A stretch of DNA of 64,000 nt, taken from assembly GCF_021028975.2 (NCBI RefSeq), contig NC_059432.1, positions 72,478,001 to 72,542,000 of the forward strand, read 5' to 3'. Below, one piece after another: positions 1 through 12,949 of the stretch. Position 1 is the first letter of the stretch, and every line of letters starts with the position of its first letter. Position numbers and translations under genes: made by a program. Below the pieces are notes generated by a model. That model was not told the origin of the DNA. It did no database searches and saw only the letters and a program-made list of their open reading frames with translations. The stretch is from Sphaerodactylus townsendi (lineage: Eukaryota).

Positions 1-80
1 TTGGATGCCTCCCATCCAAATATCCTGCTTAGCTTCTGAGATATGACAAAACAGGCTAGTCTGGGCCATCCAGGTCAGGC
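1..80 (-). mobile_element. 5S rRNA-derived SINE head, partial
   Basis: cccatccaaat...cctgcttagcttctgagat resembles the reverse complement of the 5S rRNA internal promoter region; same family as 7640 and 55323. Confidence 0.6.
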
Positions 81-1647
81 TATGGTATTCACTAACACCA
101 AAAAAGTTTTAAAAAGTAACAGTGAAGATTAAAAATACCAAAACCAGCTTTTGTGTTCCTTATTAAAATCTCAAAGAAATCAAAGGAGAAGAATCTGTAT
201 TCATCATGAAATACTCATATAGAGACAGCTCCTTCCACAGGAAGGTCCAAGACTGATTTTTTTAGTAAGACAAATATCTATATCTATATCTAAAGGATTG
301 CACTTTAGTTCTTCCCATGAAAATCAGTGGGGTTTAACAGCACTTAACAGGGTTACCTACACATCATGCCCAGCAGCCCACCCCCCACATGATTAACTCT
401 GTGCGCGCATGCCCACAGAGAGGGCTCTGAGTGCCACCTCTGGCACCTGTGCCATAGGTTCGCCACCACTGCTATAAGCTATTGAAGCAACTGCACACTA
501 GTTTTATCTGACATAAAACTGTGTCATGCAATATCACACGCAGTCATCACGGGGATTTGCAGTCATACAACAGCTGCAAGGACTTGTGGGAACTAAATTT
601 AGAGGCCCCATAAGGATCCAATTAGGATTGGAACTGTGGCATGGGGAGGGTTTCTGCCCTCCGCTCCCACACTATTTCCCCAGCCTGAAATGGGCCGAGG
701 GAGTGTTATCTGTCCCATCAGAGATACTGCACATGCACTGGATGCTTCCATGTGCAGCCCCATGATGAAGCAAATAACACCTCCAGGGCCACTTCAGGTC
801 ATGGAAATGGCAGCAAGCCCCTCCTTCCTCTGCACCGTAGTTCTGATCCAAATTGGGTCTCTACGACACTTATAAATTGAATTTGCATGGGAAACTCATT
901 GTTTCCATCCTGCCACAATTTCCTGTAGAAATCAAGTAGTAGATGTAACATGTAGTTTTTGCCCTTGGGCTGTACTTTTTACATTTCACGGCCTTTTGAC
1001 CCCAGTGTTTACCATTTTTACATGTATCTGACAACTGAAGATATACTTCATCCACCTGATTACAGTTTATGCCATAATCAACGTGACCCATTGGAGAAAA
1101 CTGCCTGTGGTCATCAGTATAAGCAAACTTCTTTCCTCCTCCACAGTAAAGGAAAATGCATAAACCCAGGAATGTAAGAAGAAAAAACCCAGAAGCTCTA
1201 TAGTACATCCTCCAACATTAAGTCTCCTCCAAAGCCCTTCAGCTAATGTTTCAACAAGGCTACAAATGAAAACACTTTCTCATTTAGAATAAAAATATCT
1301 AAGAAGCAATATCTCCTTGGGAGCTGCATTTATTCATTCATACATTCTTCACCATAATTAATTCTCAGCATAAGGCTCCTACTCCTGTCTTTCTTATTTG
1401 TAAGGGCTTTCCTATTGTAAAATACTATACCATGTTCCCTTGTGCTGTATGTTCAGTGCACAAGACTGCTGGGATGTTGTACCATCTCTGCCAATAGTAA
1501 GAAATTATACTAGTAAGGCAGCTTCTTTCAAAACATCTCCACACACTGTGGTTAGAATCACATCAGTGGATAAGGGTCTGTAGCCTTCTGTGTCGGCTAT
1601 CCCCATTCCTGAGGCTCAGTGGCTTGCTTCTCTCCCCCACCCCCACA

Positions 1648-3615
1648 TTAATATGAGCTGGACGTTCTATACCTGTTCTTTACCATTCTCAGAATCCGTT
1701 GTCTGAAAGTCAAAAAAAAGATGCCAAAGGCAACCAGCAGAGCTAAGCAAGTGGGAAAAGCCAGAACTATGTAAAGCAACACTATATCTACTGTTAGCCA
1801 CATGCAACTCTGGAGGACTGATTCTGGTAGATTTGCTGCACTGATTAACATAGAGGAGGAGTTGCAAGTGACTTGACTCATATCTGCAATGTGTACAGTG
1901 TGGCATCTGCGAAGGCCATCCCACCACTCCAGACTGCAGCAGTCAAAGGGATTTTGGCTGAGGTAGATCACACGCAAACTCTTCCCAAGCTGATTTTGTG
2001 TGATGTGTTGAGGTAGAGAGTGCAGGCAATTTCTCCTGAGATCAAGAATGCTCAGTTTCAAGCCTGTTAAAGACTCAGGGAAGCTGGCCAGAGAGTTTTC
2101 AGACAGGTCCAGGTTTTTGAGCTTCTGAAAGGCAGAAAAGTTCACATTTGTGCTTGCAGCAGACAGGCCAGTGTTCCTGAGAAACAGCACCTGCAGGGTT
2201 GGTGCCACATCTTGTAGAGGTACAAGGCCATCAAGTAGTGCACTTGGATTGTCAGAAAGATCTAACTGTACTAAGGAAGTACCCCTAAAGACATGGCTGC
2301 CCAACACTTTGAGGCTACAACTAGCTAAGTAGAGCTTCCTCAAGGAGCCAGCATTTCTGATATCAATACAGATAGGACTTGCAGCACCATCAGTGTTTCC
2401 ATGTAGGGCACAAATCTCTATTGGGTTGTGACTGAGGTCAACTGTAGTGATCTTTGCTGAATGGGTAAAAAATTCAGCTGGCAAGCCATGCAGTCTGTTG
2501 TAGCTTAAGTTAAACCATCTGAGGTTAGGTAAATTCACTCCAGGACTGAAGCTCATTTGTAGATCCAAGAGCTGATTGTAGCTGAGATCCAAATGTTCAA
2601 GAGAGCTTAATAATTCCCTCTCATTAATGTGCAATGTTTTTAAGCAGTTGTGGCTGAGGTCCAGGTGAGTGAGGGAAACCATCCCTTCAGAAAACCTCTC
2701 AGGCAGGTAGTAGAACTGATTCCAACTCATGTCCAGAAAACTCAGGAAAGAAAGAGTACCATGGCTGATCTCCTCCCAAAGGTTGACTGTGGTGACATTG
2801 GTGACGTTGCCATATAGAAACTGTATTTGCAGGGTACTCTCTGAATCATTGAAAAAATTGCCATAGAAGCTCATCCGATTGTGTGTCAGCAGCAGAGTTT
2901 GCAGTTTATTCAGCTGGGGCAACAGTGGGAAGAACAGGAGCTGGTTGTGGGAAAGATCTAGTGTTTCAATTTCAAAAGTGACATCATTCTGTGCAGCCAG
3001 GAACCATTCAATGTGGTTGTTGCTGACATTGAGCACCCGCAGTTGGGCCAGGTCAAAATCCACAATGCAAGGCATGTAGTTGTAGGCCAGATTAAGATAC
3101 TGCAGTCCTTGTAAATCTTCAAAGGCACCGGTCTCAATCTCAAAGATGTAGTTCTGCTGTATATCCAGATTCTGCAGGTGAAGCAAGTTTTTAAAGTGAG
3201 AGTCGTCCAGCCTCATAATAGCATTCCTGGCCACAGACAAGGATTCTAAGGATGACAACTGCTGGATTAGTGTGGCCATCATCTCCTCAGTGAGTTGGTT
3301 TCCTGATAGGTCCAGCTTTCTCAGGGCAGGCAAAGACCGTAGAGCAGTTGCTGTCATTGAATAGTTCATGAAGAGAGCATTGTTGGCCAGGAAGAGCAAA
3401 CTAAGACTCCTGCTGCCAAGGAAGGCCCCAGGTTCAATGAGCTCCAACCCATTCTCACACAGTCTGAGGCTCTGCAGGAGCTGATACGGTTCCAAAGAAG
3501 CATTCCTTAAAGTCTGTATACTGTTGGCATCCAGAAGAAGTTCCTCTGTTCCAGAAGGCAAGTCTACTGGGACAGAGTCCAGCCACTTTCTATTGCAATC
3601 AGCACTTCTGTTTTC
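1648..3615 (-). CDS. NRROS: NRROS/LRRC33 (negative regulator of ROS, latent TGF-beta1 anchoring LRR membrane protein), large last coding exon
   Basis: About 20 LRRs, LRRCT (NPFDCC), TM helix IVLLYIVLAFPTCLALLVAFGIFFLTF, short tail ending SSSY. Cys motifs YMPCIVDF and LSHNCL fit the LRRC32/LRRC33 family. Acceptor ttttttgctgcag|GAA at 3615, phase 0. Adjacency to FBXO45 favours NRROS over LRRC32. Confidence 0.93.
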   Translation of the reverse strand, partial: ENRSADCNRKWLDSVPVDLPSGTEELLLDANSIQTLRNASLEPYQLLQSLRLCENGLELIEPGAFLGSRSLSLLFLANNALFMNYSMTATALRSLPALRKLDLSGNQLTEEMMATLIQQLSSLESLSVARNAIMRLDDSHFKNLLHLQNLDIQQNYIFEIETGAFEDLQGLQYLNLAYNYMPCIVDFDLAQLRVLNVSNNHIEWFLAAQNDVTFEIETLDLSHNQLLFFPLLPQLNKLQTLLLTHNRMSFYGNFFNDSESTLQIQFLYGNVTNVTTVNLWEEISHGTLSFLSFLDMSWNQFYYLPERFSEGMVSLTHLDLSHNCLKTLHINERELLSSLEHLDLSYNQLLDLQMSFSPGVNLPNLRWFNLSYNRLHGLPAEFFTHSAKITTVDLSHNPIEICALHGNTDGAASPICIDIRNAGSLRKLYLASCSLKVLGSHVFRGTSLVQLDLSDNPSALLDGLVPLQDVAPTLQVLFLRNTGLSAASTNVNFSAFQKLKNLDLSENSLASFPESLTGLKLSILDLRRNCLHSLPQHITQNQLGKSLRVIYLSQNPFDCCSLEWWDGLRRCHTVHIADMSQVTCNSSSMLISAANLPESVLQSCMWLTVDIVLLYIVLAFPTCLALLVAFGIFFLTFRQRILRMVKNRYRTSSSY

Positions 3616-3835
3616 CTGCAGCAAAAAACCAAATCAATTTGTGGAACAGCAGAAGGTGGAACAGACTGCTATAGCCAGTACAAATGGTAATGGGCAGAGG
3701 GAATAAAATGCTTAAATATTGAATGTCCTAGGCTCAAATCTATACACATCTAATAAAACCACTGGGTACCCTTTGGAAAGGCATTGCTCCTCAATTGTTC
3801 CTCAGTTTATATGGTGAAAATGGGAATAATACAGC

Positions 3836-3916
3836 ACAGTCCTATGCAGAGTTACTCCAGTCTAAGACTCTTATAATCAATTGATTTAAACTTGAGTAAT
3901 TCTGTATAGGACTGCA
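3836..3916. mobile_element. Short palindromic MITE
   Basis: cagtcctatgcagagttactc ... gagtaattctgtataggactg inverted arms. Confidence 0.65.
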
Positions 3917-4580
3917 AACAGTGACCTACCATGTCAGGATTCTGTATAAATGAGAAAGGTGAGAAAATGTAATGCGCTAATGTGAAGGAGGCTGGCTTGT
4001 CCACGGTTGTCATACACTTGGAATTCTTTTTCTTTCTCCTTGAACTGGTTGTAGTAGCAATTCTTCCCAAATTGAATTTATATGAAAACAAGAAAACAAG
4101 AGAAGTCACTTCCCTAAATCCATGTTAGGCCAATAGGGAATGTTCCTGGGTGAGTATTAAACCCATCACTGCCTTTGCCTGTGGTACGAGAAAGGCTCTA
4201 CCTATGTCAAGTCTTGTCTGTTGCAGGAGCTTTGTACCAATTCTTCAGTGGCTTCCAGGCAAGGAGGGAAAAGCATCGTTTGAGCACTATGGGACCTTGC
4301 AGAATCCAACCACCTTCCTCCAAAGCCACCAAACCTAAAGGTCACAGGAAAACTCAGGAAAAATATTATTTAATGTTTCCAAATTGGATAGAGAAGGGCA
4401 GTGGCTGAACATGCAATTCTTGGATAATTGAATGAATTTTGCAGCTAGTGACACTTTGAATGAATCATTGTGTGGAATGGAAACGTCATCATTTTACTCA
4501 AAATGCCAAGTTGAATCTATTTTTTTAAATAAAGACATTTGAAGATGAGAAACAATGTTTAGGGTTTCCAGAAGACTCAC

Positions 4581-4676
4581 TAGTTTGCAGAGACTGTGAT
4601 CAGCTGAAGGCTTGCTTCCCGATCCTGTATGTAGGAAAACTACACTTAGGAAGATGCTCAAGGCTATTAACGCCAT
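4581..4676 (-). CDS. NRROS: NRROS first coding exon (signal peptide MALIALSIFLSVVFLHTG...CKL)
   Basis: ATG at 4676, hydrophobic signal peptide, donor CTA|gtgagt at 4580, phase 0 matches the next exon. Upstream acceptor tctttgcag at 4693 implies a further non-coding exon. Joined protein is 687 aa. Confidence 0.9.
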
Positions 4677-6505
4677 TTCAACAGCAGAACTCCTGCAAAG
4701 AGACACATAATAAGAAAAATATATGTTCACAAAGTCCATCCTTTATTTTGGGGGTGGTGGGGATATCCCAATTCTTTAGTTCACGTAGTGGACTCTGGGT
4801 TACACTAGCAGCTGCATTTTCACTTAGTGCAAAATTAAGATCCTATCATAGCTCTTCCACATCACATACATGATACAGGTTTGGTGCTTGGTGGAATATA
4901 CTCTGTTCTGCAAGTCTGCCTCTAGGGCTGAGCCTAGATACTGTTTTTGTAATCAGATTTGTTTATGAAACTGTTGAAGAGCTAAGATAAGGGAAGGGCT
5001 TGCTAACATCTGCAGTATTCCATAACTTAAAAAATATTACTGAACAGTGAAGTTTAAATAACCGCTAGATTAAAAAAATTAGAAGGTCTCTCTGGTACTG
5101 GCTAACAAAATGCCTACCCCAAGATGCCTTCCTGCTCTGCTCGAAGCCTTTCCTTTTCTTTGCCCTCATGGATCAGGTCTGTAATTTTTGTCAGTTATGT
5201 GCCTTCTCTCCTTATCTGATTCTTGAGCACCATTCCAAGAAGTGATTGGTGAATTCATTGCATCCTTCAGCACAAATACGGGCTATTGCTGATGTTAACA
5301 AGCACTACCCCTGTGTTGTCTCTCACCTGAGCATAATTCAGGGTCAGTTTGCTATTTTACAGCATCCTATATTATGTACTCCCAAGGATCATGCAGCATG
5401 GAACCAAGACATGTTCTCAGTGAATTCAAATATGCACTAAAGTAAGGTTGTCTTTCGCCGTTTACATGCTCAGACTGAAAGAGCAGCTGTTCCCTTCAGT
5501 CAACATCAGCCAATTCTCGCAATACAAAGAACAGGGCCAAATTCTGGGAATGGTACTCACTGTTTGGATCAACGTGGTCAACTGTAGGAGGCTCATTCTG
5601 TATCACCAATTGCCAACCAGTCTTGCCGTTTATCTGTCACCCTCTACCACACACACACACAAAATTGTCTGTTTGCTCTCACTTAGCACTAGATTAATTT
5701 AGCACTTGCGGAAGGAACTAACTAACGGAAACTGCAGTCACATGGATAGTAGAGTGAGTTGCAAACTGTTTCACCCCTTGAGCTCAGCAGTTGCACACAC
5801 ACATACACAAAGGTTGCGCATATGCAAGTCACTTGAAAATGAGAAGGAGCTGAGAAGAAAGGAAATGGGAGGGAGGAAATCATTCAGGGCAAATCTTTGA
5901 AGCCAGTAGTTGAATCTTACTGACTGCAGACTTGGGTGGGGGAAGGGCTGAATTAGTTTTCTTTACCATTAATATTCTTTATCATCAGTTTGGAATAAAG
6001 TTTTGGAAATACTGAATAACGACAAAATTTCATTGGGATTCCAAGAACCAAGGCACAGCAGAAACCCAACACAATATTACATGCCTGTAATGAGCACCAA
6101 CCTATATATAACTCATGGTATAATTGGAATAGGACACAAATTTTGCCTATACCTGCTAAGCCAAGACATCACCCTTCAAATATAGATATATGGAAGTGAA
6201 AAGATCCTGTCCAGTATTATGTTCATTTTATCCACATTCCTTATTCAGGTATACAGTCGAGAATGGCACAAGTGTATTTTGAAGAGTATTTTTGTGAGAA
6301 AAATATGTACATGATAGATGTGAGGCAGAAGAGCCCAACAATTTGGGCCAAAATTATTCAGCAGGCAGCCCTGGCATTGATCAGGTAGCAATAAGAAAGA
6401 CATCTAAAGGTGTGGATTGATGTAGCTAAGAAGTGAGAGACCTCAAGGTAAGAGTCAAGTGTGCAGTCAGCCGACTGAGGATGTCTGGGAGTAAGATCAG
6501 AGAGA

Positions 6506-6621
6506 GGCAGATTCCGCATAGGCCAAAAAGTGGTGTGAAAACGGTGTAATCCCTTTTTCCGCATTTTAAACCATTTTACACCGTTTTCACACTGCTGTTT
6601 TTGGCCCATGCAGAATTCGCC
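6506..6621. mobile_element. Harbinger-type MITE
   Basis: TIRs ggcagattccgcataggccaaaaa / tttttggcccatgcagaattcgcc, palindromic body, 3-bp flank aga on both sides. Confidence 0.7.
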
Positions 6622-7639
6622 AGAGAGAGAGAATGAGAAGTAATCTGGGGTTGAAGCTGGGCCCAAGGAAGAAAAACTGAGAAAATTAATGAAGAAATGG
6701 GAAAGAGATTATCCAAAAGTCCAAAATGAATACAATCAGTGAAGCGGGGGGGGGGGGGGGGAGACCAAATGATTCAAGTAAACTGCGATAAAAGTAGAAA
6801 TGTCACCAGGAGTATGAAAATCACTATGGATTAATGTAAAGAGAGAAGACAACAGCCAAGAATCAAGGCTGATAGAGGACAGCTATGTAAGTTAAATAGC
6901 AGGAAAAGGTGTATAAGGCAACTCTGCTACTATAAAGAGAGAACCACCACTAAATCACAGGGAGAATACAGTAGCAGCACCTTGTTTATTTGTCTTGGTT
7001 CTCCAAACTAATTTTAATTTTACATTCAACGCAGGAAGTGGGGGGGGGGGTACATTATGTCACAGGTTTCCTTTCTTCTCTTTGGAATGAAATGAACTTT
7101 CTCCCAGATAATGGATATATTTTCTTCCAGCCTAAGTTTAGAATCCTAGCACACTATTGCGCCTATAGCAACTTTTTGTCTTCCTATCCCACCTCACAAG
7201 GTAAACAGCTGTATTACTTAGATGGGCTATGAAAGAACAACTCACATCTCCTTATCTATTTCTCTATTTCGGATATGCAACTTCTTCAGAGTCCTGCTCA
7301 AGGAGATTTAAAAGAACAGCAGAATATTAAAACAAGCCATTGGACTGCATACAACTAGGCATGAAACAGAAGCAGATCATTAAAAATTTGGCATGATAAA
7401 AACCCCAATTAAAAGCTAGGTAAAATCATATGTTTGGCCTAGCACCTATAAGAAAGTAAAGCATATGCCAAGCAAGCCTCAGCCAGATGTGACTGTGAGA
7501 TAGGGACTGCCTAGTTACAGTCTAAAGAATGTATGGGGCTAGAACAATAGCTGATTCTTTTACTCCCTCCTACCTAAGTCTGAACTGTTTATGGGGCTCA
7601 TTTTAATTGGGCCCAATCTTTTTTTGGGGGTGGGGGGGT

Positions 7640-7830
7640 GTCAAGTCACAATTGACTTATGGTAATCCCATAGGGTTTTCAAGGTACAGATGTTCAGACA
7701 TGGTTTGCCATTGCCATTCTCTGTAGCAATCCGTGACTTCCTAAGTACTATATTAGACAAGGCCTATGCTGCTTTGCTTCTGAAAACTGGTCAGAGTGGA
7801 CCTAGCTAGGTTATCCAGATCACAGCAGGG
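7640..7830 (-). mobile_element. 5S-derived SINE with RTE/BovB-type tail
   Basis: tcaagtcacaattgacttatgg tail plus a degenerate 5S-like head. Confidence 0.6.
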
Positions 7831-9890
7831 CCTAATTAAACCATCCTAATCCTTCATAGCAACAGCTTTCTCCTTTACAGTTCTCTGACCAACTTCATCC
7901 TAAGCTATGCCTACTGGGGTCGAAGGTAAAGGGGAAAAAAGGTCAATTTTAATATATAATGCATCTTTCTAAGATGATAAAAATATCTCCCTCCCTGTTC
8001 GAAAATAATGGCAATCTATTGACGTACGCCAGGCAAAAGAGGACTTTCCACCTGCGCATAAGTCATCCTTCCACCCCCAGTTAGTTCACTTTAGGAAATT
8101 ATATCAGCAGAAGTGAAAGTGCTGGAGTAAATCCTCCCACATACCCACATACGCCTCAGAGAATCCACATTCTCTAGGCAGTTTGACCAACCATGTATCA
8201 CATGGTGCCAAGACACTACCTAGAAATTAAATGCAAGAATAACATGTTCTAAAACTCTTTTTATTGAGTCCTTTGCCAGGCAGCCAGGGTGTAACCAGAG
8301 GTTCTACTAACATACCTGGAACACTGATTCAACCCACCAAATATTTAATCTGTATTTATTTTATTCAATTTGTACCCTGTCCTCCCCTGGCAAAGCCGGG
8401 CTCAGAATGGCTTCCAACAAGACAACCATAATAAATTATAACAGATCAGAACTGATCACATTCTAGATTTATACTAATAAAATCAATCCCAATTTAAAAT
8501 TCACCTTTGTAATGATATGGCACTCCTAATGTCGTGGCTGTATGAAAACTTCAGAACAAACTAATTTGTGATAATAGCTAGCAGATAAGAATGAGAACCT
8601 AACTGTACAGTTAAAATCAGTAAAGTACCCAGAATGTACCCTACCCCAGTGAAGTACCCAGAAAATACCCAACCCCCAAGTACCCAGAATGTAATCTTTC
8701 CAGATGTTCAGACATGGTACTTGCTCAATTCAGAATCCCCCTGGCTTATTGTAGATGTTTCAACATCTCAATCATCATATTAATCTTGGAAAAAATAAGT
8801 TCCTTTATCTTCTGTGCTTATAAGCATGACAGGATGTTAAAGGCAGGAAAGAGTAACTTAGAAAGAAAGAGTAACTTAAATTTAGAGCTCATTATTAGCA
8901 AATAAATGCCTTTGAATGTAAAATGATTGTAGTTATTCCATTGGCATGTTTCTGTATCTAACAATTCCAACCTACCAATTTTTCATTCATTTCTTTTGGT
9001 CCTACACACATGAAACAGTTGCCAGTCAAGTTGGAATTGGTTTCTTCCTTCAACCAGGCTTTTAAATTGGAATTAAGCCACAGTTTAGAGTACAAGTCCA
9101 TGGGATGAAACAAACTCCAGTTTGAACAAGTTGCTGAATTCAAGTGTTACAGCAAATTGGTATTTGATTCAAAGGGGATGGGGAAAACAGCAGCCGTGGC
9201 AGCTGAGGCAAGAAAAGCATGAAGGAAACTATTTTGTGGATGCTGTATTTCTGCCTCTGCGTTCACAGCAATAACAAAAGGAACACGGAAGACTATTGCT
9301 GTGTGGATGCAGCCTGGGAGCTTGCAAGTATCAATTTCACAACAGCAAACTGTTCTCAAGAACTGGCAACTATATTTGACCAATTATAGACCAAGAATTA
9401 GTTAAAATACTGTGAAGATAGACAAGCTAAAGCATGGAGCCAAAACATTACAGGCACTCTGGTCCTTGTCTGATAAGCAAAGGTGGAGGAAAGTATTTGC
9501 TTCTTTGGTACAGGATTAAAAACCTACTTTTCGTGATATAGTTGCTTTGACAGTTTCCAGGGGCCAGTGCCTGGATAAATGTGATGCTTTATTACCGGTT
9601 CAGCTGTACATACATTAAATGTAACATGAGACTTACTTGCATTTTAAAAAAATGTTTTCTGTACATAGAGCGTATTAGCACTTATTCTGTTTTATCCTCC
9701 CCCGGAATAAATTTCTTTTTCATTGAAAAAAAAAACACTGCTTTGCTTCTGAAAACTGGTCACAGTCCTTGCAAAAGACTTACAAATCAGTTAAGTCCTA
9801 TCAAACTTTTGATCAATATGTATTATTATAAACTGTAGCAAACTGTAGCCAGTTTGGACTATTTTACATTATATTTAGTGCTTATTTTGG

Positions 9891-10511
9891 TGGCGGACAG
9901 TGGAAACTAAAATACTTTCCCTGGGATTTTCCTGGGAAGCCTTGCAAATGCTGCCGGCTTCTGAAATCTTCTCTCAATTAAAAAGGCGACTGCTAGATCA
10001 AGAGTTTCAAGTTCTGCAGGACAAGGCAAGAAGCAATTGCTCCCCCCTCTTTTTTAACATCAAATTTAAAATCAATCACATGGCAGATTATTTGAGTTTA
10101 CTTCAGGAACCCAAGCATAGATGGATAATCACTAGGGCTCGTTGTAACTCCTTCCCTTGTTCTATGCTACAAGGAAAGTTCCAAAGAATCGACCTGCAAG
10201 AGCGGAAATGTCCTCATTGTATCACAGCAATACAAACTATGGAACATATATTGCTTGACTGCCCCAAATACGAGGGATCTAGGACCAGACTTTTTGCTCT
10301 TTGTCCTGTAATCTTTAATGAATACTCTGCTGTGGGGAAGATTACGTTTCTACTAAACAATTCTGCCCCTGAGATTTTAACTTTTGTAGCTAGGTTCCTT
10401 ATAGAAACTTTGAAATGATTACCTGCAATGGTTCTCATGTATGGGATACTTGTTTGGACAATGTTGGCTGTTATATGGATTCTATGCCTAATAAAGGTCT
10501 ATCTATCTATC
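9891..10511 (+). mobile_element. 5'-truncated non-LTR retrotransposon (RTE-X-like), open C-terminal ORF with CCHC zinc knuckle
   Basis: ORF 9900-10418 with CPHC-x8-H-x4-C; aataaa then (tcta)n tail; perfect 15-bp TSD tagtgcttattttgg at 9876-9890 and 10512-10526. Confidence 0.85.
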
Positions 10512-10697
10512 TAGTGCTTATTTTGGCTTCTGTGGTAAACTGCTGACCCCTGCTGTTAGAAAATCCCCCCCCCCCCCCCCGCCAATAATTAGACTCAGAA
10601 CGCATTAAATTTATCAATATGCATTCAAGCATGTAAAGATGTTGCTAGCACATTTGTCTGTTACTGGCAGACACATTTCAACGGAATCTACTTTCTT

Positions 10698-11132
10698 CCA
10701 TAGTGGTGTACTAGTTTAAAGCGGCAGGCTCTAATCGGGAAACCTGGCTTGATTCCCCACTCCTACACAAGTGGCAGACTCTAATCTGATGAACTGGATT
10801 TGTTTCCCCGCATGATTTGTTTCCCCCACATGAAAACTCCTGGGTGACTTTCGACTAGTCCAGGGGTCTGCAACCTGCAGCTTTCCAGTTGTTCATGAAC
10901 TACAATTCCCATCAGCCCCTGCCAGCATGGCCAATTGGGATTTGTAGTCCATGAATATCTGGAGAGCCGCAGGTTGCAGACCCCTGGACTAGTCAGTTCT
11001 TTCAGAACTCTCTCAGTCCCACCTATCACACAAGGTGTCTTCTGTGAAGGGAGGAAGGGAAGGAGTTTGTAAGCTGCTTTGAGACTTCTTACAGGAGAGA
11101 AAGGTGGGGTATAAATCCAAACTCTTCTTCTT
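10698..11132 (+). mobile_element. tRNA/CORE-type SINE (Squam3-like), interrupted by a hAT MITE
   Basis: A/B-box-like head, CORE-like body, tail ataaatccaaactcttcttc; same family as 22712-23008. Confidence 0.75.
10861..10986. mobile_element. hAT-family MITE
   Basis: Perfect TIR caggggtctgcaacctgc / gcaggttgcagacccctg, 8-bp TSD gactagtc. Confidence 0.9.
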
Positions 11133-12949
11133 TCTGTCAGCTTTCTTCATTGTCAGATTTAAATAGTATCAGGTTCCCAAAGACAGCCATCACATGGATG
11201 CTTATTTAAAAGCCAAGCTTTCTCAATCTTTTTCATTTCATATGGCAAACATTATATTTATATTATTTTTCTGCCCCTCCCACACACAATAAACTCAAGG
11301 GATTAATCTTTCCAAATTCTGCTGGATATTACATTCCAAAATCTGGAGAGAGATTTGAGGCAATCAAGTGAAAAATCTTGTCATTAGTGCCACTGAGGTT
11401 TCATTTATTTTCATCCTGGACCATCATCCTAATAAAGAACAGTCAACTGGCACCCCTAACATTCTAGAATGAAGGTCCTGGTTATAACTGCTGGCAGGCC
11501 TGGAGAGAAATGTCCTGTTTCTTTAATCAGAAGTTTAATGGAATTTTATAGACCAGGTGATGTTATCCATGGCACAAAAAGCCATTTCCATGCATTAAGA
11601 ATCTGTTAAACAGAAAGGGCATTTCTCGTTATTGGCAACCCTAGTCTTGGCCCCAGAAAAATTCTAAATATTCTTGTAAAAGAAGATAAAACAGACAAGT
11701 CAGCATAAAACCAAAATACACACAAGCTGATTCAATGTTATTTACGAAATAATTAAAACCACTGCAATGAATTTCCCAACTGATTTAAAAAACTGCAGAT
11801 AGAATGGAGCGCATGGAGCAGAACTCTTCCCGCTCCCAATGCAGGCCACCTAACCTGTTCTTAGGGGGCCAGTGAACTTTTCTGACAAGCACAGGGAACA
11901 AACTGAAAGATTGTACAGTCAAGGATGGAACTGGCAAAAACTGCCTCCTTTGTGCTGTTCCCACTGTCAAGAGTACCTTTGGATCCAGCTCAAGGTTTAT
12001 CTTTTTACACGAAATCATTATCCCAATTTCAGGTAAGCTACTATATCATAGACTGTATTCTCTTCAACACCAATACTTTGTCTTACCTGAATGAATGAAT
12101 TTCAATGATACTGGGGAGTCAAAGACTTTGACCTTGTGAGAATTCATCTTCATGTGCATGATAAAATAACTTGTAACTCAGGAAAAGCTTTTTTTGGAAT
12201 AAAATTCTACCAAGTGTCTAAGGTGCCAGTGTACCCCTTTTATTCAAGTGGAGAAAAGAGCTGCATGAACTACTTTAGCAGTTGCCCAGCTGTCATATCC
12301 ATCAACATGTAACCCATTTTAGATTCCTTTTGATAGAAAGGTAAAACTTAAAAGTGTTTTTAATGCTCAGCATAACATAATATATATGTTTCTGTTCGTT
12401 ATTGTAAACAGTGAATCCTGGTAAGTAGTATCACTTACAAATGTAGAACAGAACAATAAATGGGGTTTTTGACCAAAGACTCTGGTTGCTCTTATGTAGC
12501 CAAGTCCTATGCATATTCAGATGGAAATTATACACGCTAGTCAGTACTATTCCAGTGTGTTCACAGGGCAGCAATCTTAAGTGCCCCAAGGCAAGAAGGT
12601 GACTATATAGTCTCTACACTTTCTGACTTGCTTCCTTTCTAGTAACTTGACAGCCTGCTGGGGAATAAAACCCAAGTTGCATTTGCTGTAGGAGGGCAGG
12701 GATTTATATGACAAAACCAAAAGCAGAGCCTGTTCACGTTCACCCTAGGTAAAAGAGTCAATTAGCTCTCACTCATGCGTTGTCCTCAATCAGACATATC
12801 ATCGTAAAATGAAAGCCAGGGCCAGAATCCCAATTCTCAATATAAAGCATATAAGTCCAAGGCTTTCTACTGTTGGATAAAGTATGAACTCAAGCTGAGT
12901 GTGGATTTGACTTCAAGATTAATAATTCTACCACAAACTCAATGTACAA

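Noticed and set aside
1648-4676. Assignment as LRRC32 (GARP)
   Set aside because: Paralogue with similar structure, but synteny with FBXO45/WDR53 and the C-terminal tail favour NRROS.
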